Source: Azolla caroliniana (taxonomy: Eukaryota > Plantae > Polypodiophyta). Taken from it: a stretch of DNA of 23,563 nt. The notes below the pieces were generated by a model. It searched no databases, was not told the origin of the DNA, and saw only the letters and a list, made by a program, of their open reading frames with translations. The stretch is from NCBI GenBank assembly GCA_043228905.1, contig JBHGNT010000473.1, positions 1 to 23,563 on the forward strand. Direction: 5' to 3'. Shown in pieces: positions 1 through 8,230 of the stretch (position 1 is its first letter; the number at the start of each line of letters is the position of its first letter). The translations under genes were made by a program, and so were the position numbers.

Positions 1-221
1 CTGAAGAATTATCTTCTAAACCACATGTACCAGAAAGAATTCTCGATGTTAAAACAAAAAAATTACGTACTAAAGAAATCCGAGAATTTAAAATAAAATG
101 GATGGATAAATCAATAAAAGATGCCACATGGGAACGCGAAAATACTCTCAGAACTAATTTCCCTAACTTTCCATTGCAAGAGTGCAATGTTTTAAAGAGG
201 GGGAGTATGTTACGGGCATGA
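1..221 (+). mobile_element. 3' end of Ty3/gypsy chromovirus pol ORF (integrase chromodomain), 5'-truncated by the window edge
   Basis: The frame starting at nt 3 reads EELSSKPHVPERILDVKTKKLRTKEIREFKIKWMDKSIKDATWERENTLRTNFPNFPLQECNVLKRGSMLRA* (TGA 219-221). PExILD..LR...KW......ATWE.E..L...FP.F is the established chromovirus chromodomain pattern. Confidence 0.9.
194..205 (+). other. Polypurine tract (PPT) of the gypsy element
   Basis: AAAGAGGGGGAG lies 2 nt before TGTTAC, at the end of the chromodomain ORF. Confidence 0.8.
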
Positions 222-667
222 CCATATAATATCCCGTGGTGAGAATTTACTGTAGTATTCTATACACGTGGATAAGTGTGAGGGTTAAACGAGAGTGTAA
301 AGAAGGGGAGGATTACTTTTAATCCTCGGGATTGAGACAACCCATTAGGTCAAGTGTGAACTTGCCTGGGGGCCTTGGGTATCGCTATAAATAAGAGGCC
401 TAGCTACCCTCATTTGAGGATCTTTTGACTACATCGAGACTCTGCTCGTGTGGTGGGTCAACTCTTGTAGCGAGCGCGCCAGCACCAGGTACGACTCGAC
501 GCCACGGCGGTGGTATGGGACGCTGATCAAGGCTCGAGTCCGTCTCGATCCCTTCGCTCGGGGGTGGTTGGGTGGATCGGCACCCTTCTTTCTCTTTCTC
601 CTTTCTATCTTTCATTTCTTTATCCTTATCTTAAGCTTACTTTAGTACCTAGATCTATAATACAAAC

Positions 668-706
<39 letters not shown>

Positions 707-812
707 AATAATAAAAATAAAATTAAAATAAAATAAAAATAAAATAAAAATAAATAAGTAGCCCTGCTTCTACCTTGAAGTTTTTTCTTCAAAGGATATT
801 CCCCAACGCACA
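208..812 (+). mobile_element. 3' LTR of the gypsy element (start firm, end approximate)
   Basis: Starts with TG right after the PPT. Contains TATAAATA at ~386, a GC-richer R/U5-like stretch, a (CA)n run and an A-rich tract. The end is tentatively placed at ...CCCCAACGCACA (812); there is no second LTR in the window to confirm it. Confidence 0.6.
671..702. repeat. (CA)n microsatellite followed by an AAAAT-type tract (to ~757)
   Basis: Directly visible. Confidence 0.95.
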
Positions 813-913
813 TAATGATAATATAAGGAAAACCTCTAGTTGCTTTGATTAATATAAAGGGTTTTTCTAAAGTGTGTGAATTTTGCCTATGACAAATACA
901 CTTTTATATCCTT

Positions 914-1027
914 CTTTTTTCCAAAAAACATATCTTTCCATTACATAGTTTTAAAAAGCATATCAGCTACAAAATACAAATTGATGGAAAGGAAGCGACT
1001 ATCCTTTCCTAGCCTGTCTTGTGTAAG
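914..1027 (-). mobile_element. Short poly(A)-tailed non-LTR retroposon insertion (truncated LINE 3' end or SINE-like) with a 16-bp TSD
   Basis: ACACTTTTATATCCTT occurs at 898-913 and 1028-1043. The minus-strand insert ends ...ATTTGTATTTTG...TAATGGAAAGATATGTTTTTTGGAAAAAAAG, resembling the 3' ends of the inserts at 5615-6053 and 14141-14326. Confidence 0.6.
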
Positions 1028-1116
1028 ACACTTTTATATCCTTTTGTCAATATTAGTGACAATCCAACGTAACGTTAAATATAATGGTTTTAAAGGAATA
1101 TAATGACACCACTTTT

Positions 1117-1339
1117 TGTCATGATATCTCCCTCAGGCAAGTGTATTCACTTAGAGAACTAAGGATAAAATGCACGACAAGAACAAACAAACTGAAGCTT
1201 AATTAATTGAGAAAAGAGCTATATTACAATATTACTAACAAAATTTCATCAATGAGAAATTCTAACCAGACATCCCACATAACTCATGTGTGAAGAGAAA
1301 ATAAATATTGCTGATCAGAGTAATTGATAAACTCCCTCC
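1117..1339 (-). mobile_element. Possible degenerate PPT plus short 3' LTR of an LTR element
   Basis: The minus strand reads CCTAAGTTGTGGAGGGAG (purine run at 1332-1339), then ~210 bp ending ...ATATCATGACA. The first dinucleotide is TT rather than TG, so this is inference only. Confidence 0.3.
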
Positions 1340-2999
1340 ACAACTTAGGTTGGTTATTTAGAAGGTGTTCTTAGCACAAGTGGATATGACATAAACATAA
1401 GCATAACCACCCTCATCATAGTCTACAAAATTGGTGAATGCTTCAAATGCATTCTCATAACATAATAAGAATCAATTCCACGGATTTTTCGTCTAAAAAG
1501 ATGATAGGTAAGAATTATTTCTGCATGCTCACAACTCTTGTGGGAGTGACTCCATAATGAGGATATAAAAGTCCATATTATAACACCCTTCTCTCGCAAA
1601 TTCTTTTTTATCTCAACAATTTAATATTGTGATCTCAAATATGGAAGTTAAGAATTACTCCTTCAATGTACAAATCAATAAAATTGATAAGTATATGTTG
1701 AAGCTCCTTTGAGATAATTTCCCATGAGTTAAACAATCAGATCTGGCCACATACAGGAAATAAAAGGTAAGTGTGAAGACTAGGTGTGATGGTTGATGAA
1801 AGTTAAGATCTTCTCCAATGAAAATAATATTTAAGTGTAACATTAGTAGAAGAATACAAATCATGTCACTTCAAAGGAATGTAGAAAATTCTTTGTTCAA
1901 TTGGAATTTGGAAGTATGACCCATTACATGTACCAATAGAAAGAAACCTATCACTCATAAAGTGGTTCTAGATCCGTTCAGATTTTTCTTCCATGTATAA
2001 ATGAACATAACTATCAACAAGCATGATAGGACACTTCTACGTGTAGCAAATGCAGCAAATGTGGACGATGATGCCAAATTTGAGGTGGAAACACTCCGAT
2101 GAATAAGATGTGATGATGATGATTATACATACATGGCAAACTCACAGTAAAAATCCAAAATCATTACTACGAATAGGTCTCAATGACTTGAAGAGACGTT
2201 TCTAGTGAAATTAGCGTGATAAAGGCACAAGTTCGAAATCAAGAGAATATAAACTTTTAATAGTCAAGCTAGCTATGTTATAACCAACTGATGGTTTGAT
2301 ATGCATGGAATGTGTGGACACTATAGAGAATAACAATGAAATAAAAAAGGGTGTTAAGAGGGACCCAATTATTCCAATAGTAAATATGGGAATCTTATTT
2401 TGAGTATTTGTTCTTCTCTCAAATGCAACTTACATTGTTTTATTTGACATTAAACACTACATTTTTGTGCAACTATACAAATGGCATCATCATTCATGTC
2501 CACTAGAAAGCAAAAATCTTTCTCAGATATATGCTAGGCACAAATAGAACTCAATTAAGCATCCCAAACTCGTAGTTATTGAATTAGATCATAATGAGGC
2601 ATTTATAAGCATGCCTTGCATTGAGCGATTACATTATCAGCAATACTATAGAACATGTAAACATGCAAAATAATATAATTTTAAATGGATATGTGGTACC
2701 AATAACTGATTATGACTTATATCTGTATCACGTACCTTTATGTGGTCTACCTTAGTACATGGTACTACTATGTTGGCAATCATAGATTGTAATTCTATGC
2801 ACAATTTGATGATCAAAGGACATCAAAATGTTGTCAGTGCTAGCATGGCAATCATCTTATAAAAGTTGTGAAATTGTTGGATTTCAGACAAACCACATTT
2901 CTTTTTTTTAGAAGCACTTGAGGTATGCGACAAAGAGGTATTCAATTCCCTATCCCATCTCCAACTTAAGTATTGCATAAACACATATCAAAGTTCAAA

Positions 3000-4040
3000 C
3001 CATATCGTATTGTGTGTGCATGGAACACCATGGTGGCGCAAAGTTGCAATATAACAATGGTAATATTTGTTTCCATTTGATAATCATTGTAAAAAATGAT
3101 TTGCAAAAATGACAGTCTTTAAAATAAAGGGACATGGGATTCAAAATATTCCATTTCCCTTACGATGTATCCAACACTATGGTAGCAAATGGTTAGAATA
3201 CTAATAACAATGACACTATTTTGATTTGATAAGCGTGCCACATACATATGATCACCATTGAGTTGTTTGCTTATGCAACAACTCTGTTTTGGTTGCATGT
3301 CCATAATTGGCGTGGGTGCACGTATTTGGGTATCGTGTGTGTGAAACTTTTGATAAGCTACGACTTTTGTGACTTCTTTTGTAACAATATTTATTATGAG
3401 TGAAAATGTGCATACTTATGCTTTCTTTTTCAAAGCACGTACAAGATGTATGAAGAAGCACAAAATGTCTCTTTTGAGTCGCATGCCAGCATTAATAAAT
3501 AAATAGAAATTGTGGACCTTTGGCTCTCGCTCACACGAAATCCCAAAGATACAACCCATTATTGTGCCTATTGCGACATTTCTCATACTCTTAAGTCTTG
3601 ATAATTGTGATTATTATATGTTAAAGTCATTAATTAGTGTGCAAATATGATCTCTTTAGGTTGGAAGATACCATTATTCAAGCAATGGATGCAAGGGGCA
3701 GAAAAATGTTTCAAAGTAATGATTTCTCCATCTAGTAATGCCAAAAAGCTATAGACGCCTACAAATGTAGACTAATCTACAATCTAAATGTGTGTGATTA
3801 TTCATGCAGTTGCAAGTGGTTTTGTTGTGGTGAATGATATGGAAGCAACTTAATAGCATCTTCCTCATATACAGTGCAAAGAGAAAGAGTTCTATAAAGA
3901 AAAGGCTTTCAAAAACAAAGAGAAATGGTGTTATAGGTACACCTAAAGGTTTCTTACTATTACATTTTATGTCAAAACATCTTTCTATGCAGCCACGGCT
4001 ACACATGGTTACATATTGTGAGATTATTGTGTTTCTCATC
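3000..4040 (-). mobile_element. Probable decayed Mutator-like (MULE/SWIM) transposase remnant
   Basis: Minus strand 3056-3012 reads TGT TAT (AT) TGC AAC TTT ... CAT GGT GTT CCA TGC ACA CAC, i.e. C-x-C...HGVPCTH across a frameshift, matching the SWIM zinc-finger CxC..G[IV]PCxH. A C...HL-like motif lies upstream (~3460-3430). Many stops; boundaries uncertain. Confidence 0.35.
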
Positions 4041-4559
4041 TGAAGACCAGTCTTTTAGGTGTGACAAATTCTTTAATAAAGGTGAACATGTTAGATAAGG
4101 ATGGATACTTCTTAAGTGGAATTGTCTAAGGTTGGTAGCCAAAGAACCATACCAAGTTAAAACCTTCCATATTCATGCCTACAAAGACACACATATGGAC
4201 ATGCACAAGTTGAGGTATGGTTGTACATTGGAATTTGTAGGTCATTGTCCTTCCCATCTCTACTTGCAATATTGTCCTTGTAATATTGAACACACAAATT
4301 TTAAATTTATGGACAAGACTCAATACCTTATCGATAAATATTTGAAATGGAAAGATAAATCAATATTGTGCTTGATAACACAGAAAGATAAATCAATATT
4401 AGGTTTGACAACATGACATCATGAATAACTACCACTAAATAAGTTAAAACAAATGAAGCGGCATGATGAGGAATTAGCATTGTACATTGTGCTCATGTTG
4501 CTTGTCTTTTCCTCAAGAATACAAGAATGTCCACATTGTAGCAAGAGAGCATTCTTACT

Positions 4560-4561
<2 letters not shown>

Positions 4562-4592
<31 letters not shown>
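4562..4592. repeat. (AC)n microsatellite
   Basis: Directly visible. Confidence 0.95.
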
Positions 4593-4593
<1 letters not shown>

Positions 4594-5199
4594 TTGCACA
4601 TTTGCACATCGAATAAATATAAATGGAAATGGTAAGTGAAACCAAGAAAATAGGCTACTAAGACAAGGTTGTAAAATGAATCATATAAGTAGGAGGGTAT
4701 CTCAAGGTGGCTTGTCTTTTGATGGAAAAGCTACTGGAAAGTTGGCAACTTTGAACTAACTTTTAATAGCATTATGAAGGGGAAAACAGTACAAACTATA
4801 CATAGGACAAAATGTATCAAGCAAAAAGTCACACTTTTCTACCTAGAAACAGAGAAACAATTTTATTTGCTTAATGCTCATAGAAAAGGAAAATCCTTGA
4901 ATCTCATGCATAAGCAGTGTTATTCTAGAAACTTCAAAGATTATGCGAGAGCAACCTCTGAATACTAGAATGCATTAAAAAAACCAACACTGTTAAATGT
5001 CATGTGGTGATTTCGGTTTTATGTTGAATGCTTTAAATCGATCTGAAGTTGTAACTCAGTTTTGAATTTCCATCTTTCTAGTTTTTTTGCCAATGTCATG
5101 TCAAAGCATCATGGCTTTTTATGATTAACCATAGGTTGTTATGATTTTATTAAAGTAATGATATTATTGAAAATAAAGAAATAACTGAGAACATCTTTC

Positions 5200-6256
5200 C
5201 TCATCACCTTCTAGCAAACGATTTGAGACTATCCCTAAACCCCAACAATGTTCCATACCACTACGTATGGTTTGGAGATGTACATTGGCTTAGATTAGAT
5301 GATAGACACTTTGACACATGAACTTCGCCAAATCATCAAATTCTTAGAGTCTTATTGAGGAGATGATGAAATGAGGTAAATAGTCCCATATTCATATCTT
5401 AAGCCAAAGGCCCCTTGACTACCCTAGGTGCCTATGTGGTAGCAAAAGGTTTGGGAAACACATTTGCCTATTTGGAAAGATTCTGTGCGTCCTATCCAAC
5501 AATGCTTATTTTCTCCAATGGACGTGATTTTGGGCACTCTGGACCATTTGGACGATCCGCAATAGTGAGGTCTTTGATCGAAAGCAACTGCATGAAGTTA
5601 GATTTTTTACTCAACTGTTGCAGCTGAAGAAGATCTTGTCGTATAAAACATTTGACAAATAGCAATAACCTTACCACCATGATATGTATTCTCTTGGACT
5701 ACAGGAATTTGGTTATATGTTGGTTATGGATAGAGTGAAGAGCTTTAGTATATGTGGAATCACATTCAGCCAATGTTGGCTGCAACATGAAAGGTTTTTA
5801 GAGGCCATAACAAGGGCCAATTGAAGATGGGTTTCAGACACTTCGTACTACAGATATGGTCTCATGGAATCCTAGCTTGTTGTAGCAAAGGTGGTGTTGG
5901 CAAAGGCTGAGTCTTGCCAAATGCCATCGTTGATAGTTAGTCCTTTTTTCGATGATATATATTATGGAGTGGAAACTATAATGTTCAATTTGTACATTGC
6001 CTTTGGCATTGTTAATCTTAATACCAATGGAGCATATTTTTTATCGAAAAAAAAAGTAAGATTTTTTACTCAATCCCTCAAGCAATCTCTATTTGATTTT
6101 TTGCATCTTAGAGACTCTTTACAAATTTAGACTCTTTACTTCAGTGCTTCTAAGTTGTTTAGTGTCTAATCGACACTTACATACTTCTCTTTATTCTTTG
6201 TGGGTTTTCATCTCACTTTAAAGCTTCCCAATAGTAATAAAAGTGTTGCTAAAAAA
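5200..6256 (+). mobile_element. Decayed L1-type LINE, ORF2 C-terminus and 3' UTR, interrupted by a nested insertion
   Basis: 5531-5575 encodes WALWTIWTIRNSEVF, matching the L1 ORF2 C-terminal W.IW..RN..VF motif. Removing 5615-6073 gives ...EVRFFTQSLKQSLFDFLHLRDSLQI* in frame. AATAAA at ~6236 and a short A run at 6251-6256. The 5' boundary is approximate. Confidence 0.7.
5615..6053 (+). mobile_element. Poly(A)-tailed non-LTR insertion with a 20-bp TSD, nested in the L1
   Basis: AAGTTAGATTTTTTACTCAA (5595-5614) and AAGTAAGATTTTTTACTCAA (6054-6073) match at 19/20. An A-tail starts at 6047. The last ~120 bp are homologous to ~14210-14326. Confidence 0.8.
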
Positions 6257-7171
6257 CCCCTATGTGTTGTTGATGCTACGTTGCCTCAACCCCTAGGATA
6301 ACTGTCTATCCTCATTTATTTATTTATGATAGATTACCCATCCCATTCAAACCTAAAGCTATGTCCATAACATAGGTAAACGAAGTTTTTCAGTGCTTTT
6401 GCCAGAGGCGAAAGATTTCCTTTGCTTTCATATGATTGTTCATTAGAAACCAAAATTGTCAACAAAAAATATGCTTGTAAATTGGCATATCAATTTCTAT
6501 AAACTTTTTTTTGTCATTTTTGTAGGCTATAGTGCTTATATATATGAATGATATATTCGCATATTGTCGACAATGTAGAAAGACAAAACATATAGTTATC
6601 TATGGTGAGAAATATCAGGGGTACCCATCAATTTTTTTGGCACTCTGAAGTTTATAACGTAAAACCATTAGAATGTTTGTGGCCACAAACTTAAAACTAT
6701 TGAAATATTGGTTGAGATACGAATCTAATTATTAATGTTCACCATGGATTGAATTTTATTAGCGATTGATGGCTAAACCCATGAGGCAACTTGGAGAGAT
6801 AATTGTGTTTGCTATTTTTCTTGTAGATGAAACATGATGTATGGAACCAAAGTGAGACACCTTTGATGTCGTGAGTGCAACATTGTAAGTGACTTGATGT
6901 TCAAGAATTTTACTGATAAATGTAGTGATTGGGAGAGCACAAAGAGAAATGTGTGTAGGGATAGGTCATAGTTGGAAATGTGGGGAAAGCAATCTTAGTT
7001 GTAACTGAAGGTGGAGGATTACAATAGAGTGCAATATTTAGATTCACAAATAGAATCGATGAGTCTCTTTACGAGTACTCCAATGTCCCGTGTCATAGGG
7101 AATTGATGATGTGGATGCCAGATGCAAGGTGGGCTATAATAGTATGTACGAACAAGTTTAGTTTGCTCTTT

Positions 7172-7191
7172 AGAAGAAGAAGAAGAAGAAG
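7172..7191. repeat. (GAA)6 microsatellite
   Basis: Directly visible. Confidence 0.9.
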
Positions 7192-7317
7192 GTTTTGTAG
7201 TTGTGTGCAACATACACAAACTAATGTGTGATGCGTAAGTCTCTCGATCTCTTCAAACTTCTGATACACTAGAGTCGTAAAGAAAACTTCATTAATGAAA
7301 GAATCCATCGAGGTGCC

Positions 7318-7461
7318 ATGAAGTAAGTGTAATGTATCCCATCTTCCAATCTGGATTCCGCATAACATGCATCCACTTGGAACCCAATATTTTGCATTCA
7401 TGCGTCTTTTGAGGCTTTTCTTATTCTCATTTTTAGTCACTTCCCATGCAAAGCATTCCAT
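7318..7461 (-). mobile_element. Possible LINE ORF2 C-terminal remnant
   Basis: The translation KRRMNAKYWVPSGCMLCGIQIGRW resembles the R..A.YR.S.H.L.IE.GRW motif preceding the C-terminal zinc knuckle in L2/CR1/RTE-X-type LINEs. Short and degenerate. Confidence 0.35.
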
Positions 7462-7778
7462 AGGTCAAGGCGAGGCTCTTGTTTTGAACCTTAAGGATCT
7501 ACTCTAGGAACCCTATCCAAGGGGAAGTGATCCAATCCAAGGAGCCGATGCATGTGCGGTGTCAACATAGGACAAGGAGGAGTAGCATTACGGAGATGGA
7601 CGGGCAGGTGAGTGGATATATGGGAGATGGACTCAAGGGAAGGGTCCATTTTTGACAACGAATGTTTGGTGAGAAGAAAGGGGGATGGATATAGGTAGTT
7701 GCCATAGAATCTGTCAGTTGGAATACTTTTGTGAATACTTTAAAAGTAGTCTTTGTTCTCACTTCCACCACCAACACT

Positions 7779-7900
7779 ATACATACATACATGATACTAT
7801 TACTACTACTATATTGTGTATAGGGCTTTGTATGCATGCATGCATGCATGTATGTATGTATGTATGTATAAATGTATGTATGATCATCCCATCCATCCAT
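7779..7900. repeat. Compound microsatellite: (ACAT)n, (TAC)n, (ATGC)4, (ATGT)n, (ATCC)n
   Basis: Directly visible upstream of the HIPP gene. Confidence 0.9.
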
Positions 7901-8127
7901 CACTCATTCATATCCTCCTCCATTCTGTCCAAATAAATAAATAATATTAAAACTAAACATGGGTATCTTTTTCTTCTCTCTCTGCTCTCTCTCTGCAGAT
8001 TATGTATATATGTGTGCATATGTGTTTATGAGTACTAATCTTCTAATAACTCCTTAATCACCTCTTCCCAGCCCTAAATCACTCCTTAATAAACTAATAA
8101 TCATCTCCTATATTAACTATATTTTTT

Positions 8128-8133
8128 TATAAA
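8128..8133 (+). promoter_or_regulatory. Candidate TATA box of the HIPP gene
   Basis: TATAAA about 100 nt upstream of the ATG at 8231, which has a good CCACCATG context. Confidence 0.45.
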
Positions 8134-8230
8134 CGCGCACACACGCACGCACGCACGCACATAATTGATCTAATTAGCTCTTTTGAGGAATAGTTTTATT
8201 CCTGAATCAGTAGTAGCAAGCATATCCACC

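Noticed and set aside
400-731. Three overlapping short ORFs
   Set aside because: They lie within the gypsy LTR and microsatellite, with no recognisable domain.
4350-4400. GAAAGATAAATCAATATT repeated at 33-nt spacing (CRISPR-like at first glance)
   Set aside because: There are only two copies, the context is eukaryotic and there are no cas genes; it is a simple tandem duplication.
6610-6800. Possible DNA-transposon terminus (CAGGGGTACCC...)
   Set aside because: No partner TIR or TSD was found.
7960-8000. Pyrimidine tract plus TGCAG, a candidate 5' UTR acceptor for HIPP
   Set aside because: No supportable upstream exon was found, and a TATA box lies downstream of it.
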